Below the pieces are notes generated by a model. It ran no database searches. It saw only the letters and a program-made list of their open reading frames with translations, and was not told where the DNA came from. A stretch of DNA of 32,634 bases from a virus (lineage: Duplodnaviria > Caudoviricetes), in IMG/VR virus record IMGVR_UViG_3300037222_000050, positions 1 through 32,634 of that record; one strand, 5' to 3'. Position numbers and translations under genes: made by a program. This document shows positions 17,701-26,172 of this stretch, in pieces (positions within the stretch are counted from its first letter, which is position 1; each line of letters starts with the position of its first letter).

Positions 17701-17895
17701 GCTCTTCTCCGAATGCAAATTGCCCTGGGCGTCTTCGATTGCCAGCTCCACATCAACTGGCAAGCTCTCCAGCGCAAGATTGGCGACCAGCACGCTTTCT
17801 TCCACGTCCTCGCATTCGGGCAGCGCACGCAGGAGCAACACCGCCCATTTGCGGACGGCTTCCTTGCTTTCCAGAAGTGCGGCTTGAGTTGTCAC
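14731..17895 (-). CDS. MuF/gpF minor head protein fused to a VIP2/C3-like ADP-ribosyltransferase and further modules
   Basis: MuF core (AFTVA, LENVYRTNIQTAFS.G, DDRAR..H, PWDYNCRC); ART motifs YS..GY..IN..LR, IYRG, YMSGT, GEAEWLFPRGSKFKV (R-S-ExE). Confidence 0.88.
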   Translation of the reverse strand: MTTQAALLESKEAVRKWAVLLLRALPECEDVEESVLVANLALESLPVDVELAIEDAQGNLHSEKSGEFVGKKGKDKPKNRQEILDALQKKKIQSPSKKTTSEWQKEFLSWTPNESNNYRLDREAVSARLGEIKAAKSPSDEVKKAILGEIKKYDKSESISVTEIEKKAKELDSSIEPDQVLQILHDALQAGDIVGESWTQPISNMDNPRGGYYLERPDLMLPSANNLIYYYRKPSASAFFAHDIENRRAQGILNRTIAISKKLTASARKDLEKSLRTSDPYELSQSLLKFIAKYRVQLADLLTTTQLASLLEGARDVAKNIPIIPNFPNAANPPATLEPSHALELLERLRLMDTATREEAIYKLPADQQTFARQGIMAQQQGGEPPLQGFVPQAVSGEPERIHYPIIDEAARELAEKNVMTREQFDLLDSAARQKAFTVAQVESMDTQTKIRNVMAETVKDGVDVQTFRERVLAAVDEGTFMSDAHLENVYRTNIQTAFSDGQMTVLSHPFVRSGFPYASIDPIDDDRARHNHLALATMGIQGTNIYRIDDPVFILFRSPWDYNCRCGWTAMSVRQAARAGIQEAITWIETGVEPTDRAFVPMPSFRPPPGFQRSLSGMPLSIQFSAESMLFGVLDDAGHEHKGKGEGGGQFTGIGEAGGKIGDVGEQNLLTFEKVKDAHKWGKDNFSSWASGLTKEEKWAVEAYSGGGYETINGELRREVAPEKTSGKTPQVISGLDAALAKGGLSEPIKIYRGVRGEFAESLIELAKTGGVFVDKSYMSGTIAKKISEEFSRHKDATNAVLEIDGKKGTPGAYIDALDITGEAEWLFPRGSKFKVTEAKKDETGKWRIKAEFVEDADKELSVNLSVPISFGVLDAAGHEHDAQGKFTADGGHVQAFEKIHERAGSDSSLTHADLDEFFDKLRGLNIDQLREIVAHMKWAPTNRNKRAILMKLESHVRELKHTYDTGKSGFGGIGQSLTDIEQPPKEPEKTDAELYAEARKKLQGAMSGAASLSTLDLAKQTDDELYRIFRQKLEAAVPSANKMDSKPNGGFQ
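15251..15282 (-). repeat. Direct repeat copy B downstream of the ART domain (FGVLDAAGHEH)
   Basis: 28/32 nt identical to 15971-16002, period 720 bp. Confidence 0.85.
15971..16002 (-). repeat. Direct repeat copy A upstream of the ART domain (FGVLDDAGHEH)
   Basis: 28/32 nt identical to 15251-15282. Confidence 0.85.
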
Positions 17896-19343
17896 TACGC
17901 TGCCCTCACGATTCGTCGGGCAATCTCACGCGTCCGATCCGTAACTAGCGAGAACATCGCCTGCTTCGGATTGTCCTGCGCCTGCTGACCAGGCTGCGCC
18001 GGTCGCTGCTGTTGGCCTTGCGGCGGTTGCCCCGGCTGCTGATTCGATTGCGATCCTGCCCCAGATGGAGCGGCCGCTTGAGCCGCTTTGGTCCGCGTCT
18101 TTATGAGCGACTTCACCTGCACGTTGAACCGAATCCCATCGCCGAAGTTATATCGCACCAATGGCGTCAACACCTGCCGGATGAATAGCTGCAGCAATGC
18201 GTCGGCAATATGCTGCTGATTCGAGAGGAACGCCTCCAGCGGAATCCGCCGGCCGCTGTAGCCCGAGCCGCTTTCGGCAGCTTCCAGCAATTCGGGCGGC
18301 ACGCCGATGCCGGACGTGATTTGATTCTTGAGGGCTTTCGCAGCGTTGAGCAACCCGTCGATGCCAGCCAGTGCCGAGGTCGGCAAGATCAAGTCGTAGA
18401 GATAATTCCCTGTTGAGTCACGTTTGGACGGCAGCACGACAGACCCGCCAGCCTTGTATTGTTCCACGATCTGCCGCATGATATCGCGGGCGAATCGACG
18501 GGGCCTGCCCTGAGAATCGAGCGTGGTATTCGCCGCCCCTGGATTCGGCCCCTGCAAGTCTTCATCGGGAGCGCGAGCGAGCGGCCCCTGATAGCCGAGC
18601 CGGTAGAGTGCCCCGTCGATCACCGTTTCCAGGCCGTCTTTGTAGGCCAAACGCCGCCACGGTCGCCATGCCGAGTAAAGCTGGCTGCGGCCATAGTGCG
18701 AGTTGTAACGCGGGCAATGCGGATACCACATCCCCTTCGCCGGCACGTTCACGCCAGCCATCCATAGATCGATCGGCACCGATGATCCTTCTACGTTCTT
18801 CACTCGCACGCCGACGGGCTTGAAATCTTGCGTGAGGAGATACGTGTCGAGCGGCCGGAACGTAACGCAGCCATGCCACTTGAGCGTGCCATCGCTCCTG
18901 TCGTAAATTTGTTCGGCTCCAATCCAGCCGTATTCGTCGGCTTGCTGCAAGAGCGGAACGCCGCGATCCCAGAACCGTTCACATTGTTCCTTGACGAATC
19001 GGCCTACCTTGTCATCCTGCGGGCAAATCGGCAAGCCCTGATCGGCTGCGGGCGAATCGTCAGGAGCATCGGGGTTCGGGCCGCCCCAGAATTCGGCCCC
19101 GGCGATGCCTCCCCGGAAGTAGTTCAAGGCTTGCGACACGTCGGGATGCGTTAACATCACCTCAGTGTCGATGCGCAGGCCCATGAACGGCATGCCCATC
19201 TGGTTGTACATCGACTCAACGGGGATCGCTGGGCGGTAGCCCTCGGTGAGTTGTCGCTGCAAGCCTTCGAGCGTGTGCTCCTGCTCAACCTGCTCTGGCG
19301 ATGCAGGCGCTGGCTTGCCATTGGTGTTTTGGAGTGCGTTCAT
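17895..19343 (-). CDS. Portal protein, Mu gp29/DUF935-like
   Basis: 482 aa directly upstream of MuF; A..YGW...EQIY, YGRSQL..AW.PW, Q.L.PLVRYNFG; Gln/Pro-rich tail. Confidence 0.78.
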   Translation of the reverse strand: MNALQNTNGKPAPASPEQVEQEHTLEGLQRQLTEGYRPAIPVESMYNQMGMPFMGLRIDTEVMLTHPDVSQALNYFRGGIAGAEFWGGPNPDAPDDSPAADQGLPICPQDDKVGRFVKEQCERFWDRGVPLLQQADEYGWIGAEQIYDRSDGTLKWHGCVTFRPLDTYLLTQDFKPVGVRVKNVEGSSVPIDLWMAGVNVPAKGMWYPHCPRYNSHYGRSQLYSAWRPWRRLAYKDGLETVIDGALYRLGYQGPLARAPDEDLQGPNPGAANTTLDSQGRPRRFARDIMRQIVEQYKAGGSVVLPSKRDSTGNYLYDLILPTSALAGIDGLLNAAKALKNQITSGIGVPPELLEAAESGSGYSGRRIPLEAFLSNQQHIADALLQLFIRQVLTPLVRYNFGDGIRFNVQVKSLIKTRTKAAQAAAPSGAGSQSNQQPGQPPQGQQQRPAQPGQQAQDNPKQAMFSLVTDRTREIARRIVRAA

Positions 19344-20047
19344 AGTGGTGGGTTAATCCCCGTCTGAAGCTGGAGCGTAGCCTCATCATCCGGCTGCGTA
19401 AACGGCGACTGGATGCCCACGGCAGGCAACGCCGCCCCTGCCGAGATATGCGCCGCCAGATTCGGCGCGGTCGGTGCGAGTTGCACCCGCGGCGGAGCGG
19501 CCAGAGTGTACCACAAGGACCATACCGCGTGCCACACCGGAACGCCGGAATAGTTGCCAACGATCTTGTTATAAGCGACTTGCGGCTGTCTGTCATCTGG
19601 AATCAGCGGCACCGTACCGACCAGCTTTGCCGCCGGGATTGGCACCTGGAACCCAGCTCGCATCGCCTGGCCGAACAAATGAAACCAGTAGCGAGAGTGC
19701 CCCATACGTTGCACGATATCCGCGAACTGGTCTCTCGACTGCAGGTTGACGCCTCGCCCCGTCAGCGTATCGATATTGGCGTCTGTGATGGCACAACTCG
19801 CCAACGTATCCGCTAGATTATCGATCTGCGGCAAACGGCGATGCGTGACGATGCCGGAATCGAGATAATTCGCCAGCGTTACGTCGTAGTAAATCCACGT
19901 TGATCGCGGATCGGAGCACCACGGTATGAGGATATTCCGTTCGAGCGTCAGGCCGGCACGGTCGGTATCCGATACGCCGGCCTGGAAGCTACCGTTTATC
20001 GGCAAGCCCGCTGCGACGTTTTCGTTTTGGAAGAGTGCGAACGGCAT
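19340..20047 (-). CDS. Hypothetical structural protein (235 aa)
   Basis: GGAGG SD; ATGA overlap with portal start. Confidence 0.6.
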   Translation of the reverse strand: MPFALFQNENVAAGLPINGSFQAGVSDTDRAGLTLERNILIPWCSDPRSTWIYYDVTLANYLDSGIVTHRRLPQIDNLADTLASCAITDANIDTLTGRGVNLQSRDQFADIVQRMGHSRYWFHLFGQAMRAGFQVPIPAAKLVGTVPLIPDDRQPQVAYNKIVGNYSGVPVWHAVWSLWYTLAAPPRVQLAPTAPNLAAHISAGAALPAVGIQSPFTQPDDEATLQLQTGINPPL

Positions 20048-20050
20048 AGA

Positions 20051-21505
20051 TTATCCTCCAAAATCTACGATTACGTCCTGTCTCGCTTCCAGTGCGTTCC
20101 GCGTCCAGCCTTGCGATCCGACCATGCCTTGCGGCGAATTAGTTCCTGATTGCATCGATATCGCCCATAGATTCTGCCCCTGAGCCGTCGTCTCCGGAAC
20201 TTTCTTCCACAGCCCCGACGCCAGCAGAATTTCGCTGAACATGGTGATAAGCCGATACGAAGCCGAAAACGTTATCGTCTTGGAATCGAGATACAATCCC
20301 TCGCGAAAATTGAAGTCAAGCAGGAAGGCTTTCCGCGAACTGACAACTCCTCGCGATTGCGCGGCGAGTGCGGTACCAAACGGCGCGGCGATGCCAGCGG
20401 GGGTTATCAATGCCAACACAGCGGTCGCGACGTTAGAATTTTGGGCACTTGCCGGAGCTGGCACCAGGCCATGCCTGGACTGAAACATCCGATGCCGGAG
20501 CAACGCCAGGAACGCTGTCCAGGCAGATCGTCGCGGCCTGTCTTTACGCACAACGTAAGTCACGTTCAGCGTACACATCCAGTTGCACAATCCCATGCCG
20601 GACTTGGCCGGGCGTGTCTCGAAACTGCCGTGCGCAATCGTAACATCGGGGGGCAGGTTCATGTAGGGCAGTTCTTCTGCCTCGAAACTCCATTCCATCG
20701 TCCGCTTGTCGCGTGATACCGGGAACTCTCGCCGCGTCACGCGATATCGCGTCAAGTCGATGCTCGCCGCGATTTGATCCATGTACTGTTCGCGGAAGTT
20801 GTCCACCGTGCGAATTACCGTGCGATTGCCTTGCGTGATGCGAGTTAGAGGGATTTCGAGCGTGCCCTTGATCGAAAGCGTGCTGTAGCCATCCTCGTTG
20901 TAGGTTACGCTCGTCTCTTCGTTGAATTGCAGTATCGGACTCCCGCCGCGAACCACTACCGCCGTAATTTCCGGGATGCGTGTCGTGACAGACCACTTGA
21001 CCTTCGCCGACAGACCGCCGCCGAGCGGTTGGAACTCGATTAATTCCGGGATCGGCCCCCATGCCACATCGCGGATTGGACTGCCTATACCATTGACTAC
21101 GAGGTCGCAGCCTCGTCCCGCGTAGATGAGCACTCCGGCCTGAGCGGTCAAGAGTTGCCGCATGAGGAACGTCGTGGGGGCAATGCTCTGAAATTGAGTG
21201 GGCAACGTTCCTTCCGGACCGAAAGTGACATAGCCGTCCGCAGTGATCTTGTATTCCACGTATTTCGTGGTTCGGTTGGCAGCATCTTGCACGATCTTTC
21301 CGGAAACTTGTGTCTCGAACAACGATGAAAATATGCAGCCATTGTATGCGAGTGTGCCGATATCTGGCAGCACAGATGGTCCGGTCGTGAAGTTTGGCAT
21401 AGGTGACACCTTTTCTTTTTTGGTTTTTTCGCGACCGAAAAGTTTCGTTCCGAACAGACACGCAAGTAGTCCGATCAACATGCCAAAAAAGTCTCGTCGA
21501 TCCAT
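20051..21505 (-). CDS. Putative distal tail protein; two in-frame starts (21505 with twin-arginine-like leader, 21400 without)
   Basis: Follows the tape-measure-like gene; beta-rich; SD-like sequences before both ATGs. Confidence 0.55.
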   Translation of the reverse strand: MDRRDFFGMLIGLLACLFGTKLFGREKTKKEKVSPMPNFTTGPSVLPDIGTLAYNGCIFSSLFETQVSGKIVQDAANRTTKYVEYKITADGYVTFGPEGTLPTQFQSIAPTTFLMRQLLTAQAGVLIYAGRGCDLVVNGIGSPIRDVAWGPIPELIEFQPLGGGLSAKVKWSVTTRIPEITAVVVRGGSPILQFNEETSVTYNEDGYSTLSIKGTLEIPLTRITQGNRTVIRTVDNFREQYMDQIAASIDLTRYRVTRREFPVSRDKRTMEWSFEAEELPYMNLPPDVTIAHGSFETRPAKSGMGLCNWMCTLNVTYVVRKDRPRRSAWTAFLALLRHRMFQSRHGLVPAPASAQNSNVATAVLALITPAGIAAPFGTALAAQSRGVVSSRKAFLLDFNFREGLYLDSKTITFSASYRLITMFSEILLASGLWKKVPETTAQGQNLWAISMQSGTNSPQGMVGSQGWTRNALEARQDVIVDFGG

Positions 21506-21511
21506 TTTAAC

Positions 21512-24500
21512 CTATCCTTCGTTGGGGTAGGCAATACCCTGGCCCGCATTCAGACCGGGAATGCTGGCACTTGTAAAGATCAAATCAGTCGGGTCTTGCG
21601 CGACGGTCAAAGCCTCATTGCGCTGCAAGCCGAGCAACTGACTGGCCGCATCCGCAATCGTAGCGAGCGGCAACGCCAGCGAAGTGATCGCCTCGACAAT
21701 CGGTTCTCCTGCGGTCACGGCAGCCTCCAGTGTTTCGACGATCTTCGTTACCAGCGGCATGATCTTCAGCAAGATTTTTATTTTAATGTCCTCGAACTTT
21801 TGTTGCAAGTCGCCTTGAGCCTGGAGATAGCGGGCCAGTTCCGGGCCGACTTCCTGAGCACGTCGCATATCGCCCAGCGTCTGCTTGATCTCAGACAACG
21901 CTTGAGCCTGGGCGATCTCCGGACTGAACTCACCGTACCGCGTTGCGGTCGCGTTGACCGCATCCATGAATTTGCCGAGCGATGATGTTGCCTCCCCGAC
22001 TACAGAACCGAAAATGCCGAGCGCCGGGCTGATATAGAAGAGCTTGTCGCTGATCGCCTTGGTGCCTTCGCCGATGTTCCCGACCATCTTTGCTGGGTTA
22101 GCGTCCGGGTCCGCCGCCATCGTCGCCAAGTTGCCGAGCCCGCGAACGGCGGACATCGCACCGTCGCGGACAGCTTGCAGGGCCACGACGACTGCGACAA
22201 CGGCCGCAGCGGGGCCGGCAGCGGCGGCTATGCCCGCTGCTCCTGCTCCAGCAGCGGCTTCGCCCCCGGCCGCCGCCTCACCGGCCCCGGCAGCAGCCTC
22301 TGGAACGGCAGGTGCGGCTTCTACGGGTGCGGCCTTCGCTATCGGCGCGGTGTCGCCGGCTCCTGCGGGAGCGTGAACGGCGGTAGGAATTTCTGGCGGT
22401 GCGGCCTTCGCTGTCGGTGGCATGGCGTCGCCAGACCCGGCAGGAGCGTGAACAGCGGTAGGGATTTGAGGGGCTTCGGGCGTGACTGCCTTCGGCGTGG
22501 GAGCTTCGGGCGTTGCCGCCTTCTCTTTGCCCAGGATCGATTCCGGTTGCTCTTGCGGCTGGGGCTTTTCCGCTTCGGGCTTACGCTCGCGGCCCATGAT
22601 CGAATCGGGACGCTGAACGCGGTCCGGTTGTTTTTCCTTTGCCGCAACAGGGTCAGGCTGGACTTCTGTATCGCGACGTACAGCAGTTTCCCGAGCCGGC
22701 GTTTTCGGTTGCAATTCTTTTTCGGCAGGAGGTTCAGGCTTTGTTTCTTTCGCCGGGGGAGTTTCAACCTTCGGAGTTTCAACCTTCGGAGTTTCTGGCC
22801 GTACCGTTTTGGGCGGAGCTTCCGTCTTGTTCAGCTTGTGCGTGTAGTTTTCCGCTTCTTGCTGCGTCGGAAACGTTTCAACGCCTTCATCGCCGCCTAA
22901 CGGACCATGTTTTTGGCGGTTGAATACGCCGTACTCATTGCCGATCTTTTTGACGTAGTGATCGACGCCGGCGGCTTCGGCTTCTTTGTTGTTTTGGGGG
23001 GCAGGAGCGAATTCTTTCGGGGCAGCAACCTCGGGCTTCGCAACCTCGGGCTTCGCAACCTCGGGCTTCGCAACCTCGGGCTTCGCAACCTCGGGCACTG
23101 GGGATTCGGGCTTTGCCGCTTTTCTTTTAGCGGCTTCCTCTTTGTTGCTAAAATATTCGCCAGTTCGGATATCTATGTTTTCATCTGGCAGGTCACCTAA
23201 CTTTATCCCCTGTCGTTTCGTTTCATGTTTCATCCAATCGGGCACATCTTCGGACTTCGCCACTTCCGGTGTGATGGCTTCGGGCTTCGCGACCTCCGGT
23301 GTGATGGCTTCGGGCTTCTTATACGCCGCGGTGATTACCTCTTCCACGCTGCCGAAAGTCCGCGTTGCCGTCGCCATTACCTTGGCCAGCATCGCGTCCG
23401 CTTCTTTTTGCGTCTGGCCCAACGCTCGCAGCGCAGCGTTAGCCTCATCCATGATCGGCTTGGACTGGATCGGTACGGGTTGAGCCGTTGGCTCTGGCTG
23501 GACTGTCTTAGCGGGCTGCGCAGTCGGCTCTGGATGCTGTGTCGCTGCGGGCTGAATCGTCTTATCTGGCTGTTCAGTAGACTCTGGATGCTGCGTTGCT
23601 TCCGGCTGCAACGTGGAAGCCGGCTGCAACGTCTTTGTTGGCTGTTCCGTTGCTTCCGGCTGCGCTGTTGGAAAAGGCTGGTTTGTCTTATCAGGTTGCT
23701 TCGTTGCTTCGGGCTGAACAACTATGGGCGATTGCACCGCCGTATCGACGGCGCTCGCGGTGTCTTGTGCTTTCTGACTCTCGGCTTCGGCCGCTGCCGG
23801 GACCGCCTGCGGCAACGACTCGACGTAGTTTCGCTTCTCGGCTTCGACTCGCGCTGACGATTTCGGCTCTGGCTTCGCAGCCTGGAACGCTGCGTACAAG
23901 TCGAGTGCGGCACCTACCAACGTGCCGAACGTGCCGCCCAGCGTGCCGCGCATTTTCTGCGCGATGTCGAGTGTTACGTCGAAAGCGCTCTTGGTTTGTT
24001 CGGCACTCCCGTAGATGCCGTCATAGACCGCTTTTATTTGCTCCTTGCGGATTTCCGCTTCGCGCATCTTGCGGGCTTCGTCTTGGATCGTTGGCTTGGC
24101 TTTGATTTCTGCTTTCTCTTGCGGCTTCGCTTCCGGCTCTGGCGGCCGCATGGTTCGATAGGCGGCATCGACCTGGGCCTTGCGATCTTCCGATTCAATT
24201 CGCTTGCGGGCTTCCGCGTTCGGGTCGAATTGCTTCTCGGGTTTTTCAGCGCGCTCCGCGCGCTCCGTGCTCTCCGCGCGCGGCGATGCCGGGTTGTTTG
24301 CTGGGTTGACTTCGCTCGGCGTGACTCGAGATGGCGACGGCTGCGACTCGGCAGGCCGCGCCGCCGGTTGCGTTGGGTCGCGACGTGATTCGGGAGGGGA
24401 GGCAGGAACGGGGGGCGTCTGGCGAGTTGCTGGCGGCGGCGCGGGACGTTCGGGGGGCGATGCGGGGTCGGCGGATTCGTTTCCGCCGCCCGCGTCTTGG

Positions 24501-24532
24501 ACTACGATTTTAAGAGTTACGTCATCAGCCAT
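21512..24532 (-). CDS. Tape-measure-like protein with long Pro/Glu/Lys/Ala low-complexity region
   Basis: Downstream of tail tube; N-terminus MADDVTLKIVVQD and Ala-rich helical C-terminal ~250 aa resemble TMPs. Confidence 0.6.
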   Translation of the reverse strand: MADDVTLKIVVQDAGGGNESADPASPPERPAPPPATRQTPPVPASPPESRRDPTQPAARPAESQPSPSRVTPSEVNPANNPASPRAESTERAERAEKPEKQFDPNAEARKRIESEDRKAQVDAAYRTMRPPEPEAKPQEKAEIKAKPTIQDEARKMREAEIRKEQIKAVYDGIYGSAEQTKSAFDVTLDIAQKMRGTLGGTFGTLVGAALDLYAAFQAAKPEPKSSARVEAEKRNYVESLPQAVPAAAEAESQKAQDTASAVDTAVQSPIVVQPEATKQPDKTNQPFPTAQPEATEQPTKTLQPASTLQPEATQHPESTEQPDKTIQPAATQHPEPTAQPAKTVQPEPTAQPVPIQSKPIMDEANAALRALGQTQKEADAMLAKVMATATRTFGSVEEVITAAYKKPEAITPEVAKPEAITPEVAKSEDVPDWMKHETKRQGIKLGDLPDENIDIRTGEYFSNKEEAAKRKAAKPESPVPEVAKPEVAKPEVAKPEVAKPEVAAPKEFAPAPQNNKEAEAAGVDHYVKKIGNEYGVFNRQKHGPLGGDEGVETFPTQQEAENYTHKLNKTEAPPKTVRPETPKVETPKVETPPAKETKPEPPAEKELQPKTPARETAVRRDTEVQPDPVAAKEKQPDRVQRPDSIMGRERKPEAEKPQPQEQPESILGKEKAATPEAPTPKAVTPEAPQIPTAVHAPAGSGDAMPPTAKAAPPEIPTAVHAPAGAGDTAPIAKAAPVEAAPAVPEAAAGAGEAAAGGEAAAGAGAAGIAAAAGPAAAVVAVVVALQAVRDGAMSAVRGLGNLATMAADPDANPAKMVGNIGEGTKAISDKLFYISPALGIFGSVVGEATSSLGKFMDAVNATATRYGEFSPEIAQAQALSEIKQTLGDMRRAQEVGPELARYLQAQGDLQQKFEDIKIKILLKIMPLVTKIVETLEAAVTAGEPIVEAITSLALPLATIADAASQLLGLQRNEALTVAQDPTDLIFTSASIPGLNAGQGIAYPNEG
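23025..23096 (-). repeat. 15-bp perfect tandem repeat, about 4.8 copies (KPEVA)
   Basis: gcaacctcgggcttc repeated on the + strand. Confidence 0.95.
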
Positions 24533-24544
24533 CACGGGAATCCG

Positions 24545-24588
24545 TATAATAAGCGAGACGGAAAGCGATCTCACTCGCTAACCGTCTC
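24545..24588 (+). promoter_or_regulatory. TATAAT box followed by a stem-loop upstream of the LAGLIDADG gene
   Basis: TATAAT 24545-24550; gagacgg/ccgtctc outer stem and agcga/tcgct inner stem; no good -35. Confidence 0.5.
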
Positions 24589-24622
24589 TCACCACAACGC
24601 GTTTTCTTTGGGGTTACGCATC

Positions 24623-25201
24623 ATGGCTAAGACTCATTCTATCGAACCATTTCCCAGCGACATCGACCGTGACTATTTTGGAGCGTGGCTATCTGGATTC
24701 ACTGATGGAGAAGGCTGCTTCCATCTTGCTTATGTTGAAAGCAATCATACCCCGCAAATTGTGTTTCAACTCTCTTTGCGAGCCGATGATTTTTCAATCT
24801 TAAACCTCGTTCGATCATACTTCCAATGCGGGAATCTCAGAGGAGGCTACGATAGAAAACGTCCAGAACACAAGCCTTCATTTACTTTTAGAGTAGCTAA
24901 AATGATTCATGTTCGAGACGTTGTCGTAAAGCACTTCGATACGTTTCCTCTTCTCGCTAAGAAAAAACGCGATTTTATCATCTGGAAAAAAGCAGTTGAG
25001 CTGGCTTCCGAAGTGGCACAACGGCCTATCTACTATCCAGGCGGCCAGCAAAGAGGAAGAAAGCGGCGGTGGACTGAAAAAGAACTCCTATATTTCAAAG
25101 AACTGCTGACGTCTCTAAAGAACGTTCGGAAATATCAAAGTGATTTTCCGATCTTGCCAGAAACGCCGATTGTCAAAACTTCGTACCAGAACTTATTCTA
25201 A
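24623..25201 (+). CDS. Free-standing single-motif LAGLIDADG homing endonuclease
   Basis: WLSGFTDGEGCF, F.L....DD..IL..V..YF.CG, HFDTFPLLAKKKRDF..W; AT-richer; antisense to the operon. Confidence 0.9.
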   Translation: MAKTHSIEPFPSDIDRDYFGAWLSGFTDGEGCFHLAYVESNHTPQIVFQLSLRADDFSILNLVRSYFQCGNLRGGYDRKRPEHKPSFTFRVAKMIHVRDVVVKHFDTFPLLAKKKRDFIIWKKAVELASEVAQRPIYYPGGQQRGRKRRWTEKELLYFKELLTSLKNVRKYQSDFPILPETPIVKTSYQNLF

Positions 25202-25704
25202 GTAGTAGTGAATGGCACGATAATATTTCCCGATCCGACCGTGGCGCTGTAGGGCAAGAGAACCATTTCGATCGGCATCGTTCGCATCTGCGAGGTCATC
25301 ATGAATTCGGTCGTCTGGCCCGGTGCGAGGCCGGCAGTCAAAGCAGTCAGCGTCTGCGGCATCGTCGGTGGGTTGCCGAGAATGGCCGTCAGGAGCAAAG
25401 TCTTACAATAATTGCTCCATCGGTCGCCGATGGCGGTCAACTGCGGAGTGAGCGTGGTGTTCGCTCCGCTCTGGCCGAACATCTGCAAGAGAGTGAGCAA
25501 GCCGGTCTTGTTGAACTCGACGCCCTTCAAGCGAAGCCGCCAATTCATCCCTTGCCAGATCGCCTCGACGAGCGTTTTCGCATATGCATCCGTGGCGTTG
25601 ATCTCCTGGCCTTGATGTTGGCAAGAGACGACAAAGCCAGAATCGTCCTGGGTTCCTAGTGGAAGCGCATTCCAAAGGCCGAGGAACGGTCCCGAAATTG
25701 GCAA
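25198..25704 (-). CDS. Putative tail tube protein (start may be ATT at 25722)
   Basis: About 170 aa upstream of the TMP-like gene; LGT...GF, D......VEAIWQG pattern; context-based call. Confidence 0.55.
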   Translation of the reverse strand: MPISGPFLGLWNALPLGTQDDSGFVVSCQHQGQEINATDAYAKTLVEAIWQGMNWRLRLKGVEFNKTGLLTLLQMFGQSGANTTLTPQLTAIGDRWSNYCKTLLLTAILGNPPTMPQTLTALTAGLAPGQTTEFMMTSQMRTMPIEMVLLPYSATVGSGNIIVPFTTT

Positions 25705-25773
25705 TACGAGTGCTGCGGCAATAAGTCACCCCTCTTTTATTCAATCAGAGAATCGCTTTTCGGTATTCTATCA

Positions 25774-26172
25774 CTACACCTGAGCAATTTCCATCGTGTC
25801 CTCATACTGCTTCAACAACTCCGCCGCATCAACCGTCGCCAAACATTTCGGACACGTCACGGCACGCACGTCGTTGGAATGCATGCACATAAAAACTTCC
25901 TGCCCCTTGTGCTGCGGGTTCACACTGTTCTGCGTCGGGTTGCAAGCGATCCTCGCCTTTGAAACCGTCGCCTGCCCGCTTCCGCGGCGGAGCTGTGGAT
26001 GTCCCTGGATTTTGATCGGGTATGCGTCCCCCTTATCGGCCTGATCGACAAGCCGAGCGAGTGGTTTGAGGCTGTCCGCTGGTAGCTTGGACGCATCGTA
26101 GACATCCTCTTGCAGCCAGTGAATCAGCACCCGCCCCGACTTGTCGGGCAGCATCTTGACGTTCAAAATCAT
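25774..26172 (-). CDS. Small H-C-CxxC zinc-finger-like protein, paralog 2
   Basis: LIHWL...IACNP...SNDVRAVTCPKC; ATGA overlap; GGAGG SD. Confidence 0.65.
   Translation of the reverse strand: MILNVKMLPDKSGRVLIHWLQEDVYDASKLPADSLKPLARLVDQADKGDAYPIKIQGHPQLRRGSGQATVSKARIACNPTQNSVNPQHKGQEVFMCMHSNDVRAVTCPKCLATVDAAELLKQYEDTMEIAQV

Noticed and set aside
20544-21461. 305-aa alternative-frame ORF
   Set aside because: Arg/His-rich off-frame composition typical of GC-rich shadows
24533-25201. Group I intron around the LAGLIDADG gene
   Set aside because: Flanking genes are intact and separate; too little non-coding sequence for an intron core
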